A stretch of 64,000 nucleotides of DNA from a virus (IMGVR_UViG_3300043425_001634:27508-91507), one strand, 5' to 3'. Counted from the stretch's first letter, positions 10,136 through 20,451 are shown. Numbers and translations: made by a program. The notes: generated from the sequence alone by a model not told the origin.

Positions 10136-10438
10136 ATGACAAATAATTTAAATGAACAACTTGGCTCTAGATTAAGAGAAGCAAGAAGGCTTTCTGGCAT
10201 GACCCAAAAAGAAATGGCAAAAAAAATAAACTCTGAGCCATTATATTTGGAAATGGCTCAGAGAACAGTAACTCAGAAAATGGTAAGTCGAGTAGAAACG
10301 GGACAGTGTCCGGCCAGTTTTCTATACGTCCAGGTGATAGCACTCTTAACCGGGCAGCACACTAATTTCTTTACTATATTTTTGCATTCTGCGCTGAATA
10401 AGACCAGCGGCAGGCAAGTTCGGAATCAACACAAATGA
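10136..10438 (+). CDS. XRE-family HTH regulator
   Basis: LGSRLREARRLSGMTQKEMA...VSRVETG. Confidence 0.85.
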   Translation: MTNNLNEQLGSRLREARRLSGMTQKEMAKKINSEPLYLEMAQRTVTQKMVSRVETGQCPASFLYVQVIALLTGQHTNFFTIFLHSALNKTSGRQVRNQHK

Positions 10439-11458
10439 CACTTCTCCCAAGTCAATAATTCCAATTCGCTCATAATAAGGAGCAACGTTCTCTTTCCCTT
10501 TATTAAGTTCCGTAGGAACAGAGTGAGGACATTTTTTGTCCATAAAAGAACATTTGCAAATTGGGCAAAAAATGTCCTTAAACTCAAATCCTCCCAAGCT
10601 GACGGAGTTCAACAAGGAAAATCTAATTTTTTGAGCAATTGGCGAGGTTATCGGAATAGCAGCGATCGCGATAACTGAAATATATCCTTCTTCTTTAACT
10701 ATTTTTTGATTAATATCTAATTGATCCTTGACTCCCATTTTTTGAACTAGCCACGAATGCTGATAAATTTCATCAGGAGAAATTATCTCGATCTTAAAAT
10801 CTATCAACAAAGAATGGCTTTTATTTACTGAATCCCAGTCGTGATCCAGTGTGACGGGAATACCGCAAATCATGTTAGCCATTTTTTGCAAATCCGGAAA
10901 AGTCCACCGACTAAAGCTTCGGTTTACTATATTGTCGGCAATGCGGATCGGGTACACTACAAACTCTTCTGCTTGAACCGAAGGAAAACCCAAAGGAATA
11001 TAAGAATTGTATTTCTCTAAATATTTTTCTGACGGAATAATATTGGATTGATAGGTTTCAGCATACTCGGCGACTTGCCCGTCATCAGTGCAGTATCTTA
11101 AAGTGATTTTTTCGGGCTGAATCCGGTGATCTTTGTTAATCAACGCATCCGAAGAATAGTGTAGAATTAAAGATTTTGTGCTTGGGCTTAACCCTGCGGA
11201 CTCTAATCGTTCAACCAAAGGAGAAGAAGCTATTTCTAGGTGAATATTTCCATCAGCCGAAACAGAAAGTGAAGCATCCCAAGAAATGATACTAGATTGA
11301 AGCGATTCAATGATTTTTTCAACCTGATCCACGGAAACATTTTGAGTCTCGACCAACGTAAACTTAGGAGAATACAAAAAACGAGCGCTTCCTCTGGCGT
11401 CAGAGCGAATATCAAGAGGAAATGGTAAAATTTGACAAGTAAGAGTGAGTAGAGACAT
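10346..11458 (-). CDS. prohead maturation protease-like protein
   Basis: LDHDW, SVSLGG, CPIC..CPH, EVSFVLIP motifs typical of phage head proteases; upstream of capsid; ATG 11458. Confidence 0.75.
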   Translation of the reverse strand: MSLLTLTCQILPFPLDIRSDARGSARFLYSPKFTLVETQNVSVDQVEKIIESLQSSIISWDASLSVSADGNIHLEIASSPLVERLESAGLSPSTKSLILHYSSDALINKDHRIQPEKITLRYCTDDGQVAEYAETYQSNIIPSEKYLEKYNSYIPLGFPSVQAEEFVVYPIRIADNIVNRSFSRWTFPDLQKMANMICGIPVTLDHDWDSVNKSHSLLIDFKIEIISPDEIYQHSWLVQKMGVKDQLDINQKIVKEEGYISVIAIAAIPITSPIAQKIRFSLLNSVSLGGFEFKDIFCPICKCSFMDKKCPHSVPTELNKGKENVAPYYERIGIIDLGEVSFVLIPNLPAAGLIQRRMQKYSKEISVLPG

Positions 11459-11459
11459 A

Positions 11460-11948
11460 ATGGCTTCTTTGTTGCTAAGTTTAAACAATTTGTCAGTTGA
11501 AATTGGTTGCGCTTGTAGTCCTTTTTTAGCAGGAGGATATAAGCGTACTATGCTTGATTTTGCTCAAGTAGAGCGAACTATAGTTGGCACCCCAATGATG
11601 GGTTCTCCATTCTATATTAATCCTTTTTTTTGGGAAATACAGTCAATTCTTAAAGAAACTGAAATGACAATGTTACAATTAATTTATAAAACATCGGACA
11701 ACTTAAGGAGACAGCATAAACCTTACGCAATAAATTGCCAAGATACAATTGAATTCATTGTAGAAGAAAGCACAAATTCTCGTCAAATTGCCACAGGATT
11801 TTCTTTGCAAACGATTGAAAACACCGTAGGTATTAAGTATTATGGGGCATTTCCAGTATGGATCGGCAACTTAGAAATTCAGCGAATAAAAACATCTCAC
11901 CTGTGGCAAGCTTCATTTCAACTGACAGAACTAGATCCTTTAAGTTAA
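11460..11948 (+). CDS. putative tail protein
   Basis: Precedes the tail fibre; ends ASFQLTE as in small distal tail proteins; ATG 11460. Confidence 0.5.
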   Translation: MASLLLSLNNLSVEIGCACSPFLAGGYKRTMLDFAQVERTIVGTPMMGSPFYINPFFWEIQSILKETEMTMLQLIYKTSDNLRRQHKPYAINCQDTIEFIVEESTNSRQIATGFSLQTIENTVGIKYYGAFPVWIGNLEIQRIKTSHLWQASFQLTELDPLS

Positions 11949-11954
11949 AAAAAT

Positions 11955-13304
11955 ATGGGTACTTTATTAGTTTATAACGGCGCAAAATGGGTTTCGATAG
12001 AACCACACGCATTTAGTCACGCAACTGGCGGCAAGGATGAACTAATGGCGTCTCTAATTGGTGCCGCAACTGAAGATTACGTTGATAGCGTGATTGCTCA
12101 TGTTGCTGATAGCGTGATTGCTCATGTTGCTGATACTGATCCACACCCAGATTATTTGCTCCAATCCGAATCAGATACATTATACGATTCAATCGGTACA
12201 GCTAACGCAGCAATTTTAAGCCATGTTCAATCACCAGATCCCCATCCTAATTATTTGAATCAGTTGCAAGCCGACAGTTTGTATGATTCTTATGGAGCCG
12301 CCGCAAGTGAAATCGGCGATCATCTAACAGCAAATAATCCACACCCTGGTTACTTGACTCAATCGACGGCTAATGCTTTATATGATTTTTTTGGTACGGC
12401 AGACACAAAACTCGCTGATCATATTAGCTTAGAAAATCCGCATCCCATTTACTTAACTCAAGCAGAAGGCGATACAGTTTATTCTGCCTTAAATCATAAT
12501 CATCCTTATGCCTCAATTAATCATAAAACACAGCATGAACCCCTCGGCAATGACTCTTTGGGTGGATATGCTCTTACCGTCCATGCCCATACTGGATCTA
12601 ATATTTCGGGAAATATTTCTGGTAATGCGGCAAATATCACTGGAATCGCAGCGATCGCCAATGGTGGCACCGGAGCAAGTACCGCAGCCCAGGCACTTAC
12701 CAATTTAGGTGCCGCCGCTGCCAGCCACAACCACGCCGCCAGCGCCATCAACTCTGGTACGGTGGCGATCACCAATGGCGGCACTGGGGCATCAACTGCC
12801 GCTGGCGCTCTTACGAATCTTGGTGCAGCACCGGCAACTCATACTCATGCCGCAAGCGCTATTACCAGTGGCACGATCGCGATCGCAAACGGTGGCACCG
12901 GAGCAAGTACCGCAGCCGCCGCTCGTACAAAATTAGGTGCAGCAGCAGCATCGCACACTCATGCTGCATCTTATATAGAGGCAGCAACTTTCCCTTTTGC
13001 AGCAGGGTGGAGTGAATATAGCCCTACTTATAGGTGTTTGATCGAAAAATATGAAGCCATAATGTTTCTTGCTGGCTTGGTAGAAAGATCAGCCACAAAT
13101 CAACCGTTAATTCTTGTTTTACCCACTGAATATATACCTTTCAGCAGAAAACTATTTATGTGTTGGGGTATGATTGGTTCCACTTATACACCTTGTCGTG
13201 TTGATGTTGAGGTCAACGGCAACGTTTCATTAATCTACCCAATAACAAGTGCAGCAATAAGCTGGCTATCACTGGATTCAATTATTTTCAATCAAAGGCA
13301 ATAG
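11955..13304 (+). CDS. tail fibre protein
   Basis: Four H....PHP.YL repeats, three NGGTGASTAA.A...LG / H.H repeats, C-terminal receptor-binding-type domain; 24-bp tandem duplication (DSVIAHVA)x2. Confidence 0.9.
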   Translation: MGTLLVYNGAKWVSIEPHAFSHATGGKDELMASLIGAATEDYVDSVIAHVADSVIAHVADTDPHPDYLLQSESDTLYDSIGTANAAILSHVQSPDPHPNYLNQLQADSLYDSYGAAASEIGDHLTANNPHPGYLTQSTANALYDFFGTADTKLADHISLENPHPIYLTQAEGDTVYSALNHNHPYASINHKTQHEPLGNDSLGGYALTVHAHTGSNISGNISGNAANITGIAAIANGGTGASTAAQALTNLGAAAASHNHAASAINSGTVAITNGGTGASTAAGALTNLGAAPATHTHAASAITSGTIAIANGGTGASTAAAARTKLGAAAASHTHAASYIEAATFPFAAGWSEYSPTYRCLIEKYEAIMFLAGLVERSATNQPLILVLPTEYIPFSRKLFMCWGMIGSTYTPCRVDVEVNGNVSLIYPITSAAISWLSLDSIIFNQRQ

Positions 13305-13305
13305 A

Positions 13306-13349
13306 CTCATAAGCCCTTGGTCTCGTGTTCAAATCACGCTTGAGCCATA
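13306..13349 (+). repeat. att core-like tRNA(CAT) 3'-half fragment, copy 1 (degenerate)
   Basis: CTCATAAGCCCTTGGTCTCGTGTTCAAATCACGCTTGAGCCATA; 42/44 identical to 20400..20443; no tRNA 5' half upstream. Confidence 0.85.
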
Positions 13350-13350
13350 G

Positions 13351-13398
13351 ACACCGCATCAGGGTACACTGCTGTAGGCTCAATGCGGTGTTTTTTTC
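13351..13398 (+). terminator. intrinsic terminator after tail fibre / att copy 1
   Basis: ACACCGCAT...ATGCGGTGT followed by a T-run. Confidence 0.65.
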
Positions 13399-13461
13399 AC
13401 ACCATGCTACAACTTTGCTACATTTTTTGTACTTTGTTTTGTAGTTAATCAAAATATTAAT

Positions 13462-14898
13462 TCAAGGAGCCAACTTAGCTTTTTTCGCTCTTTTTTTAGA
13501 ATACCATTCAGCAATTTCAGGCACCCATGCTTGGAAATGCGGCCAAATTAAATCGCAGAGTTTCTGACATTCTAACTGGGCATCTTTTTTCCAGCGCATA
13601 TCTAATAAATGCATCAGCGATCGCACATTTAAAGACATGACCCAATGTTGTCGCACATCAAAGGGAATAATCCCTCTAGCGTGTTCTTCCGCTGCCCCTT
13701 CAGAGATCAGTTGTTGATAGCGTTTTGCTGCTTCTAAACACCAAGCTAAATCGCGATCGCGCTGTGCTTGAGTATAGTCATAACGCTTTCCTTGGCGATC
13801 GGTGTAACTGCCCACGGGACGCAGATAAAATACTTCTTCGAGATCGCGTTTTCCTGTCGCCGCATCAACGATCCGATTTCCCGTATAGCGGTTAGAGTTA
13901 TGCACCACCATACCATTGGCGACAAAATTATGCCAAGGACCTTCTACTTCTAGGTCATAAGTCATTTCAAATCCCAGGAATTCAACGCTTTTTACCTTAA
14001 TTGGATGCGATCGGAGTTTATTCCCTGGTGATTTCGGTTTAGGTTGCCAATTTTTTGCTTCGAGAATCGGTTGATAATTTTTGGCAAACTCCGCCTCTTT
14101 GTTATTTTTCTGTTCTAGAAACTCTTTATTCCGATAAAGTCCATTGCCTGCCACTGCCATGCCATTACATAAGACCCAGCAATTTTTAATCATGTTAATT
14201 ACCTGACCATTTTCGGCTGTCATTAAACCGACCGCTTCCCCCATTGTTTGCCAGCCGAATGTGGTAAATAAGCGGTGATTGGTCGTACAATCTAAGGCTT
14301 TACCATCTTCTAAAGTTAGGCGATAAACAGGTTGAATCCCTTTAGCCATCACATCCTTAATATGTCCGAACTCAAAAAAGCCAGTGGTTTCATTCAGAAC
14401 CCTTAGCCGCATTTTTTTGATTCGGGTTTTGCCATCACGACGATATTCTCCAGTGGGTTCTCCGTTTCGACCTTGTTTTAATCGTTGGCGAATCGCTTTT
14501 TTGCCATTCGTCCATAACTCGTAAAGTTCCGCAATTTTGATTTTGCGTAAACTGCCACTAGCATGAACAAATGTCACCTCAGTATTTCCCGCCAGACACT
14601 GCACGTCGAAAGAAATTCCTACGCGGTGAGTTCTAATTTGCTGCATCACACTATGAGGAAAATATCCACAATTAAAAACAATGGCAGGGTGTTCGCAGCT
14701 ACCAAAGTGTCCGCGATCGCCTGCCAATAATCTTTTTACAGCAATTTCTCCGCACTTGCTTTCTGATGGCCATTTGTCCAACTTAGATAACCACTCATCT
14801 ATTACATATTCTTCGCTGTAATCCTGGTGCATTGCTGCATAAATAATTTGCTGAGGATTCGCAGCTTTAGATAGCACTTCTACTCGAAATTTTTCCAT
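13462..14898 (-). CDS. thyX: FAD-dependent thymidylate synthase containing an intein
   Basis: GHFGSCEH, QIRTHRVGISFDVQ|...|SNRY, EHARGIIP, NVRSLMHLLDMR. Confidence 0.92.
   Translation of the reverse strand: MEKFRVEVLSKAANPQQIIYAAMHQDYSEEYVIDEWLSKLDKWPSESKCGEIAVKRLLAGDRGHFGSCEHPAIVFNCGYFPHSVMQQIRTHRVGISFDVQCLAGNTEVTFVHASGSLRKIKIAELYELWTNGKKAIRQRLKQGRNGEPTGEYRRDGKTRIKKMRLRVLNETTGFFEFGHIKDVMAKGIQPVYRLTLEDGKALDCTTNHRLFTTFGWQTMGEAVGLMTAENGQVINMIKNCWVLCNGMAVAGNGLYRNKEFLEQKNNKEAEFAKNYQPILEAKNWQPKPKSPGNKLRSHPIKVKSVEFLGFEMTYDLEVEGPWHNFVANGMVVHNSNRYTGNRIVDAATGKRDLEEVFYLRPVGSYTDRQGKRYDYTQAQRDRDLAWCLEAAKRYQQLISEGAAEEHARGIIPFDVRQHWVMSLNVRSLMHLLDMRWKKDAQLECQKLCDLIWPHFQAWVPEIAEWYSKKRAKKAKLAP
13897..14598 (-). 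mobile_element. intein (234 aa) in ThyX
   Basis: Starts CLAGNTEV; block B TTNHRLFT; ends TYDLEVEGPWHNFVANGMVVHN followed by Ser. Confidence 0.92.
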
Positions 14899-14946
14899 AA
14901 ATTAGATATAATAAAACAAGAAGTTAAAGTTATTTTAGTACGAATC

Positions 14947-15432
14947 ATGGATAAAGCACAAGAGATTTTACACAGTTTAGAAAAATTAATTAAATGGCGA
15001 CGCGGGCAATCAAGATGCAAGCACTCTAAAAGCATTAGAGAAGGTAGTGTATTGTGCGAAGAATGCGGATTTCTTCGCTTGCCTGTGGTCACAACATACC
15101 CGTCACAATGCAAAAAATGCGAACAACAACTTTCTAAGGTTGATGCAAGGGGTATATACTGTCCAGTTTGCAATTCTTACGAAAACTGGTTCTGCGCTCC
15201 AGAATTGCTCGTAGAAAAACACAGAGAATCAATTAAAGATTTTGTTGTCAGATGTCTGGATAACTATCCAGAACAAGAAGACTTTGCAAAAAGAATGGGA
15301 TGGCCTAATTGCAGCGATCGCCAATTGGTTTGGTTGGCAAGCTTTCTCAACGAACAAACGATCGTTGAGTCAATCTTAACTTCTCACAATAACGAAATCA
15401 CTTCGCCGATTCCCCGAAAAAAAATCAGTTAA
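14947..15432 (+). CDS. Cys-rich (zinc-finger-like) hypothetical protein
   Basis: Several CxxC pairs (CEEC, CKKC, CPVC). Confidence 0.65.
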   Translation: MDKAQEILHSLEKLIKWRRGQSRCKHSKSIREGSVLCEECGFLRLPVVTTYPSQCKKCEQQLSKVDARGIYCPVCNSYENWFCAPELLVEKHRESIKDFVVRCLDNYPEQEDFAKRMGWPNCSDRQLVWLASFLNEQTIVESILTSHNNEITSPIPRKKIS

Positions 15433-15485
15433 TTTTAGCAATTTTTATTTACCATGCAAGCAACTCAATATTTTACAAATACAAC

Positions 15486-15531
15486 CCTGTCAGCACCCAA
15501 GGTAATGCGACTCACCTTGGGTGCTGACAGG
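15486..15531. terminator. perfect 18-bp inverted repeat, probable bidirectional terminator
   Basis: CCTGTCAGCACCCAAGGT / ACCTTGGGTGCTGACAGG between convergent genes. Confidence 0.65.
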
Positions 15532-15557
15532 ATTTTGTCAAAATTTATATTTTTATA

Positions 15558-16311
15558 TTAATCCATAAAACATCCACATCCGCCCAAGTCAAACAAATCT
15601 AGCTGAATTTCAGAATTATTCACCTGCTCACGCAAATTCGCTAAAGAAATATCTTTTAAAATGGTAACTGGTTTTTGCAATAAATTTTGCATTTCTTTTT
15701 CGTGATCTTCCCATTCAAGAAACCTTTCTGGAAAGTATTTTAGTAGTTTTCGCCATTGTGCTTTTCCGCCTCGAACACACGCTCCTCCGCAGTTATTGTG
15801 CGGAAATCCTTTGCTATAAAGTAAAGGCAAGCAAATTCCTAGTTTGCTAATTTCATGCTGGCACTGGAGTTTATCCCAGTAAGGCGGATCGCAAAGTGGA
15901 GCAAGCACATCCCAGGGCTCCCAGGACGATTTAATCTTAGACAGTCTGTGAATCTCACTCCAGTCAATTCCTACAATTAATTTAACTGAAGTATCACAAT
16001 TATTCTGTACCCAATTAAGGCAAGTTTCCTGTTTTAGGACGTGGCTACATGGAGCAATTCGACTATTTCCAAGCCATCGCTTATCTTTAAAAACTTGTTG
16101 CGGAGTTCTTCCGTCCGAAACAAAACAAAGAGGAATTAATGTTTTTTTTGCTGAACTCATCGATAAAACGATATAAATCTGGATCTTCTATTTTTGTGTC
16201 AGCAAACAATAAAGTGATTTGAGTCGTTTTTGCTGTTTCTAGCAATTTTAATACAGAAGCGGCAGACCCTACTCCTCCGCTAAAAAAAACTACATATTTT
16301 TGTTCTATCAT
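15558..16311 (-). pseudogene. PAPS reductase-like (PP-loop) protein split by a frameshift in an A8 tract
   Basis: FSGGVGSA...FADT..ED.DLYRF in one frame; DGRTP..CSHVLK..GID..E..HNNCGGACV in another; junction at T8 16142-16149. Confidence 0.75.
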
Positions 16312-16407
16312 GTTTTCTCGTTTAAACTTTATCAAATATTTTAGCACATAAAATCCCACCATTCCATTAATAACAGAAAGGTTTAATGGAATTTTATCAG
16401 CGGCCAA

Positions 16408-19400
16408 CTATACCGATTCAAAAATTTTCGGAGTCAGTCCAAAAGATTGGCAAATTTCTGTCAAAAATTCTTGAATAAATGAGACAAAACCAGAGGGATC
16501 TAGCCATTTTGCCGCCACCAGCATCTCCTTAAGTCTATCAATTCCATATTTTTTGATAGCAGAGGCAACAAATTTAGTGGTACAAAGCACATCTTCTTCT
16601 ATTGTTTGATGAGCCAGATGCTCCCAATGTTCGCCATAAAATTCCAAAGCCAGGTTGGTCAAGGCTTCAGTTGTATCTTCTGTTTGTTTAATTTCGCTAT
16701 ATATACTGTCTAATAGCGAAATTAAACAATTTTTCAACGCCTTAAATCCACCAAAAGCTTGGGCAATTTGACTGATCCGCCCTTTCGTCACTCCCACAAA
16801 ATCTGCTACCTGCTGACAGGTTTCTGCACCCGCCTTAATCGCCTCCCCAATTTTCCGCTTGAAACGATCAACTATTCCTAGGCATTCAGGACTGAGTGAT
16901 TCCAGATCAACAACCTCGACTTTGTAACCAAGGGGAGATAAGTCAACATCAGTAATTACCCATATAGTTATATTTTCCTCGCGCAAATTCGCTCTTGGGC
17001 GGCCAATAGCCTGTTCGTATTCAATGTAAATTTTTTCAAGCAAATACTGATTTAGCTCATCTTCAGAAGGAAGATGAACAAAAAGAAGGTGAAACTCGCT
17101 TTCTACTGATGCGAGATTTTGTGCTGGCGTCAAAGTCAAGATAAGATCCGTCACGCCTTGCTCGTAGAAATAATTTGTTCCGCGACTGTGACTGCTAAAA
17201 AAGTATCGATCGTCGCCTAATTTTTTGCTGCCGATAATCGCAGCCTTGGGGCATTGCTGTAAAATTGCTTCCTTAGCCGCTTCGATCCGGCGCGATTGAT
17301 CTGCCCCCCGGTGCAGATAGGATTTGAGAGGAATTTGCTTAATTATTAAATTTTTTGATTTTTCTGTTTCCTGGCAAATAACAAAAATTTCGTCTGGGCC
17401 GCATCGTAAGATGGCCGCCAAGCGATCACGTGAAAGCGTAGCATCAGAGAAAATATTTTTTTCAGCCTCTCTTGCTATTACAGGGATGCGATCATTGAAT
17501 AGATCGATCATTAGACTTCGACGGCTAACATGAAAATGCCCTATTTTTTGCCCTGTGAGAATCGCAAAAAAGTGATGCAACCATTGTTTTGTGAGTTTTT
17601 CCGCTTGGGATAACTTTTCTTGGGTAAAGGCGTGTCTTAATGAGATCGCCTCTTTTCCTGTTAATTCACTGCCGTCGAAAGAATCGTTCAGAAAATCTAG
17701 CTTTGGAGAAATCGCCTCATAAACTTCCTTGAGTTCTTCATGTGTAAATTTTCCCATTAAATCTTTGACATTGAATGATTCAATGATCTTGGAGTGAGGC
17801 ATCCCAAAGCGGGAGTTGTCTTCGGAAATTATTTTTCTGAGAATCTTGACTAACTTCCCGATTTCAAATGCTCTTGACACTGATTGAAACGATTGCAGGA
17901 TTTCAGTAAAAAAATTGTCCAACAGATCCAAGTATCCAGCAGAATCTACTTGTTTTACGGATGCAATTAACTCAGTAAAGTGATAAAAGCCATGCTTTTG
18001 ATAAATATCAGCAATAAAGCTACATACTGGTAAAGGCGTCTGAGATGATTGAGCTAAATAATTCCACAATTTCTCGAAAAACTTTACTCCCATTTCCTTT
18101 GCAGTCACCGACAAGTCATGCGCTTGGCGCAGATTTGATACCATTAACTTCATGCAAGATTTGAGCGTGTTAAAATCACCAAACTTGCCAATAATTTGAT
18201 TGCTGATATCGCTTGAAGTTGCCGCATCAAATCTTAGCGAGTCTATTACATTGAAGTTAATATCGCAAAAAGTTTTTTCTAAATCTTCCAGCGATACACC
18301 AATAGAATGGACTATCGGGACTGAACCAAATTCCTCCCAATAAAGCAAGCTACCCAGGTCTTTTCCTTGTTGCGATTTTGCATAAGGGAAAGATTCACCG
18401 TCAAAAGCCAATTCTTTGGGCTGGGGCAAGGATTGAGGGTGGATAATTATAGCGGACTTACCCAGACCTTCTCTCCGCTGATAAATGTAATTGGGATAGT
18501 CGCCAGCAGATCCCTTAATTTGAGGTGATTTGCAAACATTAAAATAAGGGCACGATACACAGCCAATTCTCGAACTATCCGCATTCTCGATCCCCGCAAT
18601 CCTTAATGCCGTGAAAATTTCAGGAACGAAGCAACTGGGGGGTGCCGCCAATTGATCCCCTTGCTTCGCAACGCGGTATTCTCCGGTGGCTGTCTTTGTT
18701 ACTCCTTTGTGTCGGGAGTCGATCCGTGTGACACTTTTCAATCCTTCTACTGTTACGTTCCGTGGATCTTGAGTGACAAAAATGATTCGACTGGCACCAA
18801 AATACTCTCCGCCAAGTTCAATCATTTCCGCTGCGGTGTAGCTTTTTCCTGTCCCGGTCGGGGAAATATCTAAAATATATTTTTTTTCAGAAGCTAAAGC
18901 CGCTTCAATTGCTGCGATTCTTCCGCCCTTTGGAAAATAAAGATCGACAAAAGATGGCTTGCGAATAAATGCTTTCCGTTCGTTTTTTGCTGCAACAACA
19001 ACTTCTTCTGTCGGGTATAATTTTTTCAGAGATTTGGCTAGTTGTCTCTGATATTTTTCTTCTTCTTCTAGTAATTTTTCGACCTTTAACCCACACTTAA
19101 CTGCGGCATCTTTGAATTCGCCGACAGATAACCAGCGCACTTTTTGTTCCCAAGTTGCTGTTTCTTCGCCAAGATCAACTAACCAGTCATCTGGAGATGG
19201 AATTAGGTTGCCGTTTAACTGGCCGTAATCGGCAATCACAATCTCCAAGAAATTGTTTTCTGAGTTTCCGATCGCCTGAAGCTTTTGGATTTGCCCCCAG
19301 GTTCTTTGAGCCACTTGGGGATTCCCTAGGCTGTTCGCGTCAGCAAAAATCCCAAGTTTTTTGGGATGATACTTGCGAATATAGCTTCTAATTTGCGCCT

Positions 19401-20277
19401 CTCCGCTCGTCCAATTACCACCGGCTGCACCAATTAAGGTTCGCTCTGTTTTTAAAAATACAATATCAGTTTTTAAAAACCCTTCAGTGAGCAACGGAAA
19501 ATCTGGCTGGTCTCCGACCATGATCGCCAGGGGTGACTCCACTGCACCTTCGGTAGAGACTTTAAGTTTGTATTTTCCGCCACCAGATAACCACTTGTAT
19601 TTGCCGATCTTGTTTTCGGTGCGGATTTGTGCCGCGACAACTTGCCCGTATTGCCGAACCGGGCAAAGAAAACCGGGATCTGCTATTCTAAATTCCCCGC
19701 CAAAAATTCCTGGGAATTCTGTCCCCGATACGCGATCGCCGGGGTTGATCGAGACATAACCAAATTCTTTGATCTGAGATTCGCTCAGACCTCTCTTGGT
19801 TAAATCATTAAAATGAATATCCGATAATCCAAGCTGTTGTTGAATTTTTTTATAATTTCTATCGCGATCATGGGTGTTTTGAATCTTAATTTTGGTCGGA
19901 TCTAGCTGGACGTATGTTTTAATTTTTGGCTTGGGAATAAGATCACCACTGTTTTTGGGGCGCTCATATCCTCCATCCTTCAACGGTAACGGCAATCCAA
20001 GTAAATCATGGGCTCTTTCAATTTGCTCTTTCCATTCCGAAATACCACACAGCAATCCCACTAATTGAGAAGGAAACCACGCCTCTTCGCAAGTATGGCA
20101 ATAGATGTGAGGCGAATCATTGCTTGCATAAAGATAAGCACTGTAATGCCTATCTTCGTGTTGCGGACTCGGACATCGACAAGAGCGACCTCTTGTTTCC
20201 ACTCCTAAAATATCTAGGAGCCGGGGAAACATTGTATTGAGGTTTTCATTGCATCTATCAAAATCAAGTAACGGCAT
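16408..20277 (-). CDS. primase/helicase-type replication protein
   Basis: N-terminal CP..H.D...CHTC zinc finger, TOPRIM-like LTEGFLK...FADAN...PDD, Walker A SPTGTGKS, late QAIGRPR helicase motif, C-terminal HTH. Confidence 0.8.
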   Translation of the reverse strand: MPLLDFDRCNENLNTMFPRLLDILGVETRGRSCRCPSPQHEDRHYSAYLYASNDSPHIYCHTCEEAWFPSQLVGLLCGISEWKEQIERAHDLLGLPLPLKDGGYERPKNSGDLIPKPKIKTYVQLDPTKIKIQNTHDRDRNYKKIQQQLGLSDIHFNDLTKRGLSESQIKEFGYVSINPGDRVSGTEFPGIFGGEFRIADPGFLCPVRQYGQVVAAQIRTENKIGKYKWLSGGGKYKLKVSTEGAVESPLAIMVGDQPDFPLLTEGFLKTDIVFLKTERTLIGAAGGNWTSGEAQIRSYIRKYHPKKLGIFADANSLGNPQVAQRTWGQIQKLQAIGNSENNFLEIVIADYGQLNGNLIPSPDDWLVDLGEETATWEQKVRWLSVGEFKDAAVKCGLKVEKLLEEEEKYQRQLAKSLKKLYPTEEVVVAAKNERKAFIRKPSFVDLYFPKGGRIAAIEAALASEKKYILDISPTGTGKSYTAAEMIELGGEYFGASRIIFVTQDPRNVTVEGLKSVTRIDSRHKGVTKTATGEYRVAKQGDQLAAPPSCFVPEIFTALRIAGIENADSSRIGCVSCPYFNVCKSPQIKGSAGDYPNYIYQRREGLGKSAIIIHPQSLPQPKELAFDGESFPYAKSQQGKDLGSLLYWEEFGSVPIVHSIGVSLEDLEKTFCDINFNVIDSLRFDAATSSDISNQIIGKFGDFNTLKSCMKLMVSNLRQAHDLSVTAKEMGVKFFEKLWNYLAQSSQTPLPVCSFIADIYQKHGFYHFTELIASVKQVDSAGYLDLLDNFFTEILQSFQSVSRAFEIGKLVKILRKIISEDNSRFGMPHSKIIESFNVKDLMGKFTHEELKEVYEAISPKLDFLNDSFDGSELTGKEAISLRHAFTQEKLSQAEKLTKQWLHHFFAILTGQKIGHFHVSRRSLMIDLFNDRIPVIAREAEKNIFSDATLSRDRLAAILRCGPDEIFVICQETEKSKNLIIKQIPLKSYLHRGADQSRRIEAAKEAILQQCPKAAIIGSKKLGDDRYFFSSHSRGTNYFYEQGVTDLILTLTPAQNLASVESEFHLLFVHLPSEDELNQYLLEKIYIEYEQAIGRPRANLREENITIWVITDVDLSPLGYKVEVVDLESLSPECLGIVDRFKRKIGEAIKAGAETCQQVADFVGVTKGRISQIAQAFGGFKALKNCLISLLDSIYSEIKQTEDTTEALTNLALEFYGEHWEHLAHQTIEEDVLCTTKFVASAIKKYGIDRLKEMLVAAKWLDPSGFVSFIQEFLTEICQSFGLTPKIFESV
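16684..16729. repeat. 17-12-17 palindrome in the 3' end of the rep gene (candidate origin)
   Basis: TTGTTTAATTTCGCTAT-N12-ATAGCGAAATTAAACAA; second copy at 56589..56634. Confidence 0.7.
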
Positions 20278-20399
20278 ATTGTAATTTACCTGTAATGTGT
20301 TGACAACAAGATAAACGGGACAAGGCAAAGATTAAGCAGTGATAATTTTAGTGAAAAATTTTATTGTTCCCACAAGAGATTCCTTAGACTTCTTTAGTC

Positions 20400-20443
20400 C
20401 TCATAAGCCCTTGGTCGCGTGTTCAAATCACGCCTGAGCCATA
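20400..20443 (+). repeat. attP-like core: 3' half of tRNA(CAT), probably elongator tRNA-Met
   Basis: Anticodon loop CTCATAA, perfect T-arm GCGTG-TTCAAAT-CACGC, acceptor end TGAGCCA; 123 bp upstream of the integrase; no 5' half. Confidence 0.88.
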
Positions 20444-20451
20444 TATACTGC

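Noticed and set aside
11955-13304. Diversity-generating retroelement target in the tail fibre
   Set aside because: No reverse transcriptase and no adenine-variant template repeat were found in the window.
20360-20443. Complete tRNA gene (also at 13306)
   Set aside because: Only the anticodon loop to the 3' end is present; there is no acceptor 5' strand or D-arm upstream.
13306-20443. Prophage/host boundary
   Set aside because: Phage-type genes lie on both sides of both att cores; tmk, dnaN, nrdJ and thyX are embedded among phage genes.
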